The notes beneath the pieces are model-generated. The model was not told the origin of the DNA. It saw nothing but the letters and a program-made list of their open reading frames with translations, and did not search any database. The position numbers and the translations under genes were made by a program. Positions 27,842 to 36,600 of a DNA stretch of 64,000 nt are shown here, one piece after another; the stretch's first letter is position 1; every line of letters starts with the position of its first letter. The stretch comes from a virus (taxonomy: Duplodnaviria > Caudoviricetes): positions 671 through 64,670 of IMG/VR virus record IMGVR_UViG_3300033141_001125; one strand, 5' to 3'.

Positions 27842-28222
27842 TTATGTTATTCTCAAACTTCCTTCTGGCATAACTTTGAATGGGTCTTGAGCTACATTCA
27901 GCGTATTTTGAGCATCGTCAAATGTGTGTTGCGCTTGACGTAACACGGGATCACGTGACATTGCTTCTCTCCAAAGTTTCTTATCAAGTTTTGGTGTTTT
28001 CGGTACAGTATAAGCAGCCTTGCCAGCATTTGTTTTCACCTCGCGCTCTCCAAGCTCAGTAAGATGAAGGCCAATCGTAGCACGCGCCGCTTTCTGTACC
28101 TCTTTATAAGACACTACATAACCAGCAATCTCTTTATAAAGCGCAATTGCTGATTCAACATCTTTGTATTTCAGCAAAATCTGCATCAATTCATTCGGGG
28201 ATTGCATTTTTATCCTCCTCAT
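27842..28222 (-). CDS. hypothetical protein (recombination-module accessory)
   Basis: follows the RecT-like gene; helical, ends 'SLRIT'. Confidence 0.55.
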   Translation of the reverse strand: MRRIKMQSPNELMQILLKYKDVESAIALYKEIAGYVVSYKEVQKAARATIGLHLTELGEREVKTNAGKAAYTVPKTPKLDKKLWREAMSRDPVLRQAQHTFDDAQNTLNVAQDPFKVMPEGSLRIT

Positions 28223-29060
28223 TCAAAATACCATCTACATAATCAAGCTGCTCTTTGTCCTGTGGAATCTTTCCATTATTTGCCTCGATCACAGCTTCTT
28301 CGCCGTGGTCTTCAATCAGAGATCGCGCCAATTCAAGCTCCTTGACAACCTCTTGCCAGGGCCGTCCAGAGTCATTACATTGTTTGATAATCTTGCCGCC
28401 AGTCTCCGCGCCATACTTATCAATTAGCATAAGTATATCATCTGGCTCAAGTTTCTGCGGAATGATCTTAACGCTTTCCGCTTCAACAAAGGCTTTCTCA
28501 GCATTAAGCATCTGTGGCGGCAATTCCTGAACAGCATATACAGGCGTTTCAAATACATCGCCCGCCAAAACCTTATGCGCCAGACTGATTGCCATATAGA
28601 ATAAGTGATTGCGCGGATATTGCCGCCAATTAGGACGATTCCATAAATCAGCCTGTATAGCATCGTCTTTTGTGAAGGTTACGGGTATCTCAGATACCCA
28701 TTCACCCAACCTCTTGCTATATCTATATATGACAACTGTGCATAGCTCATTAGTCCACTCTGTAACATCATAATCATATTTGTCAGCGCGCCGCCTGATC
28801 TGAGCGGCAATCAATTTACCATCCAGTGCCACCCCGCCACTACTGACAATGTATAGGCTCTTTGACCACACGAGACTAAACGGCATGCCATTTTCTAAAC
28901 ACCATAAAAACTTTTTCTGTTGCTTCGTTGCCCTTTCAAGCTGTTTTGTAATATCCAGCGCTCTTTCATTAACAATATTAGTTGCAAGATAATCAGGTTT
29001 TACTGGTACAATATCACTCATTTTCTTTACTCCTATCGTTGATTGCAAAATACATATCAC
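28191..29060 (-). CDS. RecT/Bet-like single-strand annealing protein
   Basis: 'LYIV..G..ALDGKLI', 'FT.DDA.QA.LW...NW.QYP..L..AIS' pattern. Confidence 0.72.
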   Translation of the reverse strand: MICILQSTIGVKKMSDIVPVKPDYLATNIVNERALDITKQLERATKQQKKFLWCLENGMPFSLVWSKSLYIVSSGGVALDGKLIAAQIRRRADKYDYDVTEWTNELCTVVIYRYSKRLGEWVSEIPVTFTKDDAIQADLWNRPNWRQYPRNHLFYMAISLAHKVLAGDVFETPVYAVQELPPQMLNAEKAFVEAESVKIIPQKLEPDDILMLIDKYGAETGGKIIKQCNDSGRPWQEVVKELELARSLIEDHGEEAVIEANNGKIPQDKEQLDYVDGILNEEDKNAIPE

Positions 29061-29736
29061 ACCATAGCCCGAAAATTGAACGCCATTCTCCGATCATGCG
29101 TTCAGATATACCTTTAACTTCTGTGGTTTCGTCCTCGAACATTGCTAACCACATCATAAAAGGCTCGCCGCCACAGTACATACCCAATCTCTGAAATGTC
29201 TCGTGGCCCATCCCAGGGAAAGCCAGAAAGATTCTTTCGAGATCGCCAACCCGAATCATATCACGTTTAGGCATTAAAACCTTTGGCTTGCTTCTGTCGG
29301 TTTTGCATATTCCTATGACGTGCTCTTCAAAATATGAATCATGCTCACAGAATGAAACAATTATACCGTCACGCTGTATTGATCTGAGCTTCGCCATTAC
29401 TTTGTAATACTCCCATTTAGTAACGCCACGCCCATCTGTGATCACCTTTCTATTTTTGTTGAATCTTAAAACTCCGGTGATCACTAAATATGATTCCTGC
29501 GTTAGCTTGATTAAACGCTGCAATTCATCATCAAGCCTACCCTCGGCAAGCGTGCCCAATAGATCATCAGGTGTTTTGCGCTCAATTGCGATAATAGCGC
29601 CGTCGTCACAAATCAACGTGTAGTCAATCGACTTTTTATCTTTATTTATGTTTGGTGGGGCATCAAGCCCGAATTGCAAAGCACGACCCCATGATGGCTC
29701 ATTGCACGCGGTTGAAACCGCTATAATATTTGGCAT
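29014..29736 (-). CDS. ERCC4-domain nuclease
   Basis: 'DY...IERKTPDDL' (ERKxxxD) motif. Confidence 0.82.
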   Translation of the reverse strand: MPNIIAVSTACNEPSWGRALQFGLDAPPNINKDKKSIDYTLICDDGAIIAIERKTPDDLLGTLAEGRLDDELQRLIKLTQESYLVITGVLRFNKNRKVITDGRGVTKWEYYKVMAKLRSIQRDGIIVSFCEHDSYFEEHVIGICKTDRSKPKVLMPKRDMIRVGDLERIFLAFPGMGHETFQRLGMYCGGEPFMMWLAMFEDETTEVKGISERMIGEWRSIFGLWCDMYFAINDRSKENE

Positions 29737-29741
29737 ATTAC

Positions 29742-29771
29742 AAAAAGGGGAGAGTTATTAGCCCTCCCCTT
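29742..29771 (-). terminator. rho-independent terminator
   Basis: GGGGAGGG/CTCTCCCC stem followed by T-run on the minus strand. Confidence 0.65.
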
Positions 29772-29786
29772 CGATCACCTCCCTTT

Positions 29787-30452
29787 TTAGGATTCCAGAA
29801 TCGCCTTGATGTCCACATCCTCAACTGACGCGCCGAAGGCATTAATGGCGGCTTGAATTGCCTCAACTGCTTGCCCTGCGCCGTGAAGTGCCCTTACAAT
29901 ATTGAGCACTGGCTCGCGGTCATCTGCGGCGTTGCTTTCATCCGTATCCATATCATCATCTGTTTGACGATAGAGCTTGCAAGCCTCTCCGCATTTCTCT
30001 TGGCGATCATCCCCATTAAAAACAGTGAGGAAGTTTGCCGCCGTGCGGTTTTTGTAAATCGGCTTATCGTTCTCGTCAAGCTCATTTGATTTGTACCTAA
30101 CTCCGGTTGGTTTATCTTCCAGTGCAACAAATCCGCCATTCATAGCGTCAAAAGCTGCGTCATCCTTGAGGCCAGTAGCCTTAAAGATAGACGGACGCAC
30201 AAATCGCACCCAATCGCCAGAATCAATAGAATATGCACGCTCATACACACCATCCCAGTTCATTTCCATAACCGGAAACACGCGCACAATCATACAATTG
30301 CTTCCGCGTTTGTGAACACTTGGATCGTAAGGCACTGCCCCTTGACCCTTCACAAATGCCATTTTACCAAATTCAAGCTGGCACTCACCAAATACACGGA
30401 ACGGTTTCTGCTCGCGCTCATCGCTATTTCCTGCATTTCCCCACTTACTCAT
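29787..30452 (-). CDS. putative ssDNA-binding protein
   Basis: position in recombination module, acidic linker; no diagnostic motif. Confidence 0.4.
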   Translation of the reverse strand: MSKWGNAGNSDEREQKPFRVFGECQLEFGKMAFVKGQGAVPYDPSVHKRGSNCMIVRVFPVMEMNWDGVYERAYSIDSGDWVRFVRPSIFKATGLKDDAAFDAMNGGFVALEDKPTGVRYKSNELDENDKPIYKNRTAANFLTVFNGDDRQEKCGEACKLYRQTDDDMDTDESNAADDREPVLNIVRALHGAGQAVEAIQAAINAFGASVEDVDIKAILES

Positions 30453-30765
30453 AATTTTTCTCCATCAGTTTGATAATCAAAATATAATTGACGCCAATTT
30501 CCTCAACTTCCTCAACTGTATATTCACGGCTAAACTCAAGCCGTTTTGCTGGTTGAAGAACCAACGCTGTCTCATAGCCCATACAACTCCCGCGATCTTT
30601 TGCGGGTTCAAGGCCAAGAATTTTCACAGTTTGATGATTTGTGAAAACTTCTACCGTGGAATTTTTGACCATCTCCATTGCCTCTTGGTGGGTCAAGGTT
30701 GCCCGCTCAAAAACGCCATCCTCTAGCAAAAGAGGACTTGATAAAATCGCCAATTTACCCTTCAT
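30445..30765 (-). CDS. acrIII-1: DUF1874/YddF family, AcrIII-1-like cA4 ring nuclease
   Basis: 'AILSSPLL.EDG.F...T..EA', NHQT (catalytic His position), DR, 'KRLE...T.EEVEEIG' match the YddF/STIV B116 pattern. Confidence 0.75.
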   Translation of the reverse strand: MKGKLAILSSPLLLEDGVFERATLTHQEAMEMVKNSTVEVFTNHQTVKILGLEPAKDRGSCMGYETALVLQPAKRLEFSREYTVEEVEEIGVNYILIIKLMEKNYE

Positions 30766-30846
30766 TTGATACCTCCATATTTTTTTTGATGCTTACATTT
30801 TACCACTTATCGCCATATAATAAAACTAGCAATCATCACGTGATTG

Positions 30847-31278
30847 TTAGTCATTTGTCACATACCATTTTTCAGGGAATCCCGCCGCAATCCAATCTTC
30901 AAGAATTGCATCGGTATCAACCACATATTCCCAATCAACTTGAATGATCTCGCCTGTCTCTTGATTGCGTTCAATAACTGGTTCAACACCAACGTAATCA
31001 TTCAATCTATATAATGTGGTAATTACTGCGCGATGGTCAAGCTCAAATAGCTTTGACTTGCGTGCAATTTTTTCTGAAATAACAATTTCAATACAAGTCA
31101 AATAGAAATGATCGGCAATGCCATCAACGACGCGCCCAGTTTCCAACGCTGGTATATCTGTTTCAACCCGTGCGCGATCTAGCATTGCCAGACCAAAACG
31201 CGCTTTTTGTTTATGTACCACAAAATTATTATTATCCGCTGTAAACTTAACTGTAAACTCCATTTTATTTACCTCCAT
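30847..31278 (-). CDS. hypothetical protein
   Basis: GGAGG RBS. Confidence 0.65.
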   Translation of the reverse strand: MEVNKMEFTVKFTADNNNFVVHKQKARFGLAMLDRARVETDIPALETGRVVDGIADHFYLTCIEIVISEKIARKSKLFELDHRAVITTLYRLNDYVGVEPVIERNQETGEIIQVDWEYVVDTDAILEDWIAAGFPEKWYVTND

Positions 31279-31330
31279 AGATTAAAGTAATCCTTTTCTT
31301 GATCTTGCAATTATTCAGTGCAAAATCAAG

Positions 31331-31355
31331 AAAAAGAGAGGGGTTTTAACCCCTC
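31331..31355 (-). terminator. rho-independent terminator-like hairpin
   Basis: GAGGGG-TTAAAA-CCCCTC then CTTTTT. Confidence 0.55.
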
Positions 31356-31770
31356 ATACAATTTCCCAGGCGGCCTCTTCATATCCTGGCAATTGACGAA
31401 TAACATCACTATGAAACCAATCAATTATAGATTTTGCTTCCGAGTTTTCCCAATTGGGCGATTCAGACGTTTGATACTCATAGCAGTTAAACGCTTTGAG
31501 TATCTGAATTGGTGAATAAAATGCAGACTCATCAAATACAAAAGTGTGAATCCCATCATTCCTACCATATCTATGATTGTATGCTTTCATATTTTCATTC
31601 AGTAAAATGTGACCAGTCTCTTGTGATGTCTGATCACGACATTCTCCATTATGATAATAATGAACAAAACCATCATTACTGAGTGCCTCAAGAACTAAAG
31701 CAGAAATATGTTTGTCCGATACTACGAAAACTGACATTTCAATCCTCCTAAGATAATTTTTCACTCTCAC
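31354..31770 (-). CDS. hypothetical phage/plasmid early protein
   Basis: AGGAGGATTGAAATG start motif at MSVFVV. Confidence 0.7.
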   Translation of the reverse strand: MRVKNYLRRIEMSVFVVSDKHISALVLEALSNDGFVHYYHNGECRDQTSQETGHILLNENMKAYNHRYGRNDGIHTFVFDESAFYSPIQILKAFNCYEYQTSESPNWENSEAKSIIDWFHSDVIRQLPGYEEAAWEIV

Positions 31771-31816
31771 AATTCTACAATCTACATTATAGAATTGTGA
31801 AAGGGGAAAATATCCC

Positions 31817-32035
31817 CTAAACTTTCAGTTTTTCAACAACGTCTAATGTTTTGATTACCTCAAAAAGCATGCCCTGTGCTTGTTCAAGATTCTCAATCTT
31901 GATGCACGTTACCGATCCTTTTTGTGTGCTATCATCTTCCTTAAACAGATTGTCAATCTCCACACCTATACCTTTAGTTAACTCTCTGATTGCCTTGTTT
32001 CTATTCATTTCAATCCTCCTGTGTGTGTTTCTCAA
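31817..32035 (-). CDS. hypothetical protein
   Basis: AGGAGGATTGAAATG start motif after leftward promoter. Confidence 0.65.
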   Translation of the reverse strand: MRNTHRRIEMNRNKAIRELTKGIGVEIDNLFKEDDSTQKGSVTCIKIENLEQAQGMLFEVIKTLDVVEKLKV

Positions 32036-32206
32036 ATCTAGCTATATCTTACCATGCTTTATACACTTGTCAATAGGCAAAACGTAAAACTATAGAAAAT
32101 AGTGACATTTGTCATATCTCATAAGCAAAATGTCATAAAATGCTTGACAAAGACGTAAATCATGGTAAGATATGTATAGATTTGAGATACAGGAGAAAAC
32201 GAGATA
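32006..32206. promoter_or_regulatory. second divergent early promoter pair with operator TGACA-TT-TGTCA
   Basis: TTGACAA...CATGGTAAGAT in both directions; homologous to 14971-15177. Confidence 0.8.
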
Positions 32207-32403
32207 ACAACACACAAAAGATTTATAAAAGACATAAATTAAAGAGCATCGAGATCAATTATGAGAGTCGTTTAATTGCTCTCGTAGGAATGCCAGGCCA
32301 AGTAAAACAGGCAGTTAAAAAACCGCTTGATGCTGAAATCGGATTAACATATTCACCTATCAGCATTTCAGAATGTGCATATCTGGAAATGGAGTAAATA
32401 ACA

Positions 32404-32595
32404 ATGAATAACACAGTATCAATCAAACAGCTACGGCAAATTTTATTTATAGTCGACGATCAAGGCATGAGCATAAGGAAATTACGAAAAGCCCTGTTTG
32501 ACATTGGAAAAACTCAGAAAACTAAAAACATCTCAACTGATAAACCACTCAATTATAATGAATGGTCAACTCTGATGATGGAGATAGCCGTATAG
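32404..32595 (+). CDS. hypothetical protein
   Basis: GGAG RBS. Confidence 0.55.
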   Translation: MNNTVSIKQLRQILFIVDDQGMSIRKLRKALFDIGKTQKTKNISTDKPLNYNEWSTLMMEIAV

Positions 32596-32659
32596 CCGTT
32601 TCTGAGTGTGTATATAATGGAAGCACATTATACACCCAGAAACGGCTTAAAATTGATTT

Positions 32660-33034
32660 TTGAGGGATACAGAGACAATGAGCAGACATCCAGACAGGTT
32701 AGAGATAAAAGCAAAACAGTGCATTGTCACAATGACAAAATACGGATTTCTGGTTGAATCACCAAGCAAAAAAAGCTATCTGGTTCACATGGTAAACCAG
32801 CTTCCTATTTGTTGTTGCCAGTGGAAACAGTATCATCAAGGCAAATCCTGCTCACATGAGATAGCTGTCGAGCTATGGATGATGCAAGCCGGTGGATACA
32901 AGGCATATTTGGTTGAATCAAAAGAACATGCACAGAAGCAGCATAAAAAGTATTGGAAATGTGAAGATGGCATTTGGTTTGTTCTGAGAAAAGACGCTCC
33001 AACAAAAATGCCAAAAGTGATTAGTTCTTTCTAA
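32660..33034 (+). CDS. SWIM zinc-finger protein
   Basis: CxC...CxH. Confidence 0.7.
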   Translation: MRDTETMSRHPDRLEIKAKQCIVTMTKYGFLVESPSKKSYLVHMVNQLPICCCQWKQYHQGKSCSHEIAVELWMMQAGGYKAYLVESKEHAQKQHKKYWKCEDGIWFVLRKDAPTKMPKVISSF

Positions 33035-33072
33035 CTTTCAATCTAATCCTTTTTTATCCTTCTAGCTTCTCC

Positions 33073-33157
33073 TTTATTTATACATGAAAAATAAAATAAA
33101 ATAAAATAAAATATATATATAATAATATGAACGCAATCATACACCAATAGTACACTA
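33073..33157. repeat. AT-rich origin-like element, copy 2
   Basis: 33-bp (33073-33105) and 22-bp (33136-33157) blocks identical to 9413-9445 and 9473-9494. Confidence 0.7.
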
Positions 33158-33236
33158 AATGCTGCATTAGAAAAAGCTGAACGTCATATCGGTTTATGAC
33201 ATACGTCATTTGAGTTTTAAGCAGTTTCAGGTTATC

Positions 33237-33355
33237 ATAATTATGGAGCTTGGTTCTGTGGGAGATGGGAACTGAACGCGCCGGGACAAACGGATAATTC
33301 AGAGTTGGGCTGGTATAAAGGGGATTCCAGCAACACAACCAAGCTCCATAATTAT
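33237..33355. ncRNA. structured element closed by a perfect 19-bp inverted repeat
   Basis: ATAATTATGGAGCTTGGTT/AACCAAGCTCCATAATTAT enclosing two inner hairpins. Confidence 0.5.
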
Positions 33356-33393
33356 TTGAATTTTAGTTTATATTTAGCAAGGGAGTATTTGAA

Positions 33394-33690
33394 ATGAACA
33401 AAAAGGGAATCATCCGCAAGGTACGAAAAAACGCGCGAGGTCAAACGGTGTATTTCTCGCAGTCCGAGGGATACATCATCAAAGCCGGTGAACTCCGCCC
33501 GCTTCCCGGCGAGGCCACCCGCCGCACGCTGGGCGGATACAATGGAGCTGGGTTCAGTGTTTCTATCGAAACGTACCTCGACAAAATTGCTAACCGGGAA
33601 CTCGTCGACTTTTCCCCAGCGGCGAACGCGCTAGGGATCGACCACAAGGCGCTCCCCGCGTTTTTGCAGGCGGCGGGCTTTGGATACTAA
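33394..33690 (+). CDS. hypothetical protein (GC-richer than flanks)
   Basis: GGGAG...TTGAAATG start motif. Confidence 0.65.
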   Translation: MNKKGIIRKVRKNARGQTVYFSQSEGYIIKAGELRPLPGEATRRTLGGYNGAGFSVSIETYLDKIANRELVDFSPAANALGIDHKALPAFLQAAGFGY

Positions 33691-34024
33691 CCACCAAAAG
33701 TTCCGCAACTTCGCCGCCAGAATCGCCGCCAATAGAGGAGAGGCTTTAGCTTCTTCTCTGTTGGCATTTCGTAAAATTTTCATCCAAGAAAAACGGGACT
33801 GGTCAAAGTCAAATGCTCCGCGTATCGGTTGGAAACGTGGGGAATTGTTTGAATTTATACAGGCCATTCTCGCAAATGGAGATTGGCGTTCGGAATGGGG
33901 CGATGTCGGTTATTACGTCGCTCAGGCCTGGGGCTGGTTGTGGTGGGTTTATGCTACGATCACGCCTGAATCAATCATAAAAAGCGCGTGTCTGAAATTT
34001 GAAAAACGCGCAAGAGAAGAATAA
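33680..34024 (+). CDS. hypothetical protein
   Basis: operon-packed; 'EWGDV.YY' is weakly MazG-like. Confidence 0.55.
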   Translation: MDTNHQKFRNFAARIAANRGEALASSLLAFRKIFIQEKRDWSKSNAPRIGWKRGELFEFIQAILANGDWRSEWGDVGYYVAQAWGWLWWVYATITPESIIKSACLKFEKRAREE

Positions 34025-34036
34025 AGGAGAAGAAAA

Positions 34037-34189
34037 ATGTTGATCTGTGAAAATTGCGGATGGCACGGAGATGATACTCAACTAGTAGCGTTAACAGATA
34101 AACCAGACGATCTTGATTTTTGGTATTGCCCAGATTGCGGCTGTACTGAATTTGAAGAGGAAGAGGAGGAAAGCAATGTGGGGAATTGA
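34037..34189 (+). CDS. 50-aa zinc-ribbon protein (not in ORF track)
   Basis: AAGGAG RBS; MLICENCGW...YCPDCG. Confidence 0.6.
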   Translation: MLICENCGWHGDDTQLVALTDKPDDLDFWYCPDCGCTEFEEEEEESNVGN

Positions 34190-34535
34190 ATTTAGGAAAG
34201 ACACAAGCAATAGTTTAATTTGCGCATCAGCGGTTTTTGAGTTACGTACTTATGGCAGCATGGGCATAGAATACAAAGAAATGCGTGTGCGCTGGCATCC
34301 AGATATTGGAATTGCTATTGATGAAAGAGACGATGACAATTTTAAGTGCATCAAGAATCATGCGGAGCCAAAAGATGTTGAAGATATACTCCCAAAGAAA
34401 AATGATTTCGGATATGACTGGACATACGCAAACTTTGTATTAGCAATGACATTTTTTGGAGAAGGCTATAAATTGGGCAATGAAATCGGTTATCGCCGCG
34501 GATTAAAACAAGGGAGATTGCAATGCAACAGGTAA
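34176..34535 (+). CDS. hypothetical protein
   Basis: GAGGA RBS before MWGIEF. Confidence 0.6.
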   Translation: MWGIEFRKDTSNSLICASAVFELRTYGSMGIEYKEMRVRWHPDIGIAIDERDDDNFKCIKNHAEPKDVEDILPKKNDFGYDWTYANFVLAMTFFGEGYKLGNEIGYRRGLKQGRLQCNR

Positions 34536-35551
34536 CATTTAACAGTGTATGCGCACAAGGAACGATTAAGAACGGCCTCAGTCTAGGCCAATACTCAAGA
34601 GGCCGTCACACACAACATCCGCACCAAATAAATTGGGGAATTGGTAATTGGATGGTTGGAAACGGCGTAGAGCATTACGCCAATGTTATCCAGCGGCAGG
34701 ACTTCAATCGCCTGTCAGAAGGCAATGAGGCAATTGCCTTGTATTATACCGCGCTTGGTCTTTTGCTTGGGCCTGGCTATCACGATATTCGAGGATTGAC
34801 TCTCGGCTTGCCAGTTGACATATATACAGATGACGAAAAAGCAAAACGCACAATGCGCAATGTTGGAAAATTCCTGAGAGGCGAACATTCATTTATGCTT
34901 GACGGTGAAGAAATTACCATAAATGTTCAGAGTATCGCCAAGTGCCCTCAGCCAGTCGGAGCTTACACCACATTTCTATACCAGCAACGACAATTTCCAG
35001 ACGGCCAAATGTGGGCCGTCGCTGATGGTGGATTCAACACGCTGGATGTGTTTGCAGTTGCGTATATCGCAGGTCATCCACGAGTGTATCATAAATACAC
35101 CGCTGGAACTAACCTGGGTATGGCTGAGGCTTGCCGTCATTTTATGCAATCGTTCAAACAATTAACAAGCAGGGACATTACTTTACAGCAAGCTGATATG
35201 TACCTGCGTGAAAAGAAGCCAGAAGTAACATATATTGATCACGGCACATTTGATCTTACATCAATAAAAAATGTTGCATTAGAATCACTTTCCAGTCGTG
35301 TGATTACTTTTTTGCGTAATCAGTGGGGCGAACCATTGCCTTTTGCAGGACTGATTTTTGCTGGTGGAGAATTTGAGGCACTGGGTCAGCACGTTGTGAC
35401 CAAATATCCAGGTGCATTTGTGTTGGATGATCCAGTTATGGCAATTGCTACAGGGCTGTATTATCAATCTACGATGGTTAAATCATGGAAGGGTGGCTTG
35501 GTTGTTGGCCTTGATCCTGGGTTTGGAGCAATCAAGGCCGTCACAGAATGA
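34523..35551 (+). CDS. parM: ParM/StbA-family actin-like ATPase, circularly permuted
   Basis: FNSV, GLP, PQPVGA, DGGFNT (phosphate-2), AGG, DDPVMAIATG; phosphate-1 motif VGLDPGFGAIKAV at the C-terminus. Confidence 0.88.
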   Translation: MQQVTFNSVCAQGTIKNGLSLGQYSRGRHTQHPHQINWGIGNWMVGNGVEHYANVIQRQDFNRLSEGNEAIALYYTALGLLLGPGYHDIRGLTLGLPVDIYTDDEKAKRTMRNVGKFLRGEHSFMLDGEEITINVQSIAKCPQPVGAYTTFLYQQRQFPDGQMWAVADGGFNTLDVFAVAYIAGHPRVYHKYTAGTNLGMAEACRHFMQSFKQLTSRDITLQQADMYLREKKPEVTYIDHGTFDLTSIKNVALESLSSRVITFLRNQWGEPLPFAGLIFAGGEFEALGQHVVTKYPGAFVLDDPVMAIATGLYYQSTMVKSWKGGLVVGLDPGFGAIKAVTE

Positions 35552-35820
35552 AAATAAACAGCCGTGTTTTGTTTGACGTTGATCACGTGCTAGATGATCA
35601 GGTATTCAATACGTATGAACTGTTATGCCTCATCCACGACGGGCATATAAAACCAGGCTCAATCATACGTAGAAACGAGATTGAATACACTGTTATACGT
35701 TGCAATTATCAAAAATACCGTGGTGAATTCTATGCAATTTTCAGTGATACTACAAAAGAAGTTTACAGAGCACAGGAATTTCAGTTTGAGAAATTGAAAT
35801 ACAGACCTATAGTACTTTAG
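35548..35820 (+). CDS. hypothetical protein
   Basis: ATGA overlap with parM. Confidence 0.6.
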   Translation: MKINSRVLFDVDHVLDDQVFNTYELLCLIHDGHIKPGSIIRRNEIEYTVIRCNYQKYRGEFYAIFSDTTKEVYRAQEFQFEKLKYRPIVL

Positions 35821-35865
35821 TCCTATATAACATAACGTTACAGTTTTGTAAATACTGCAAACTCG

Positions 35866-35895
35866 TTGTAAATATTACAAAAACCGTGGTATAAT
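35866..35895 (+). promoter_or_regulatory. promoter overlapped by TTGTAAATA(C/T)T(G/A)CAA repeats
   Basis: TTGTAA-18-TATAAT with TG extension. Confidence 0.5.
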
Positions 35896-35936
35896 GTTTA
35901 TAGATGAGGGCAAGAGAGTGACCAGAAAAAAACAGA

Positions 35937-36056
35937 CGGGGATTCGTTAGCAGCTAATCCCCCCTCTTCAAGAGTCACACAAACCAGAACAGTGGGTAAA
36001 CCATAGAGTGATAAGAAAATGCTTGTAAGTTCTAGCTTGTGTGATTCTTGAAGGGG
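35937..36056 (+). ncRNA. structured leader RNA (short hairpin plus ~28-bp stem)
   Basis: CTCTTCAAGAGTCACACAA pairs TTGTGTGATTCTTGAAGGG, with G-U pairs on the + strand. Confidence 0.5.
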
Positions 36057-36096
36057 TTTAACAGCCCGTAATTAGCTCAGCAGGGAGAGATTGAAA

Positions 36097-36251
36097 TGTT
36101 AAAATCACTTTGGAAGGAAATCTTTGGAAATCTGGGGGCATTTTTTTGCTCTCGGTATTATCGACGTGAAAGCAGATTGAAACCCATCTGCAAAAAACTT
36201 GGTTGGGGTTTTTACTTTCTTCAGATGGGTTTTAAGAGGCCCACTGATTAG
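36097..36251 (+). CDS. ~51-aa hypothetical protein (not in ORF track)
   Basis: GGGAGAGATTGAAATG start motif; MLKSLWKEIF... Confidence 0.5.
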
Positions 36252-36255
36252 ATCA

Positions 36256-36365
36256 TAGTTCTCTCCTGCGCACACACTGATCGAGTGCGCGCAGGGCAGA
36301 GCGATGAACGCTCATCCGGGAATCATTCAGCCTGACCCGGCAGGTAAAAGGGAGAAATTGAGATG
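36256..36365 (+). repeat. 110-bp structured intergenic direct repeat, copy 1
   Basis: near-identical to 36601-36710; ends with RBS and ATG. Confidence 0.92.
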
Positions 36366-36596
36366 GATGAAATACGAGAATGCGCAGATGGACTTTTCAC
36401 ACTCAGGACAAACAGAAATTACAAGTGCATAGCGCAGAGCGGGGAAAAATGGGTCGCGGGAACGTTCGACGAAAAACGAGGGCAATTCTGCGACGGAAGA
36501 AACTTCGCCCGCGGAATGTCAAAACGATCCCTCTTGTCCGCACACACGCGAAGATTCAGCTCGAAAACAGCAGCAATAAAATGGATGCTTGACTGA
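36363..36596 (+). CDS. hypothetical protein between the repeats
   Basis: start supplied by repeat copy 1. Confidence 0.65.
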   Translation: MDEIRECADGLFTLRTNRNYKCIAQSGEKWVAGTFDEKRGQFCDGRNFARGMSKRSLLSAHTRRFSSKTAAIKWMLD

Positions 36597-36600
36597 TTCT

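Noticed and set aside
32140-32397. 85-aa ORF as listed in the track
   Set aside because: Its ATG lies inside the promoter; the position homologous to the 14973 start reads ATA and is out of frame, so it is probably a decayed or shorter gene
36064-36092. tRNA-like 5' string GCCCGTAATTAGCTCAGCAGGGAGAG
   Set aside because: No anticodon arm, T arm or 3' acceptor strand follows; it runs into an RBS and ATG, so it is not called a tRNA or att site
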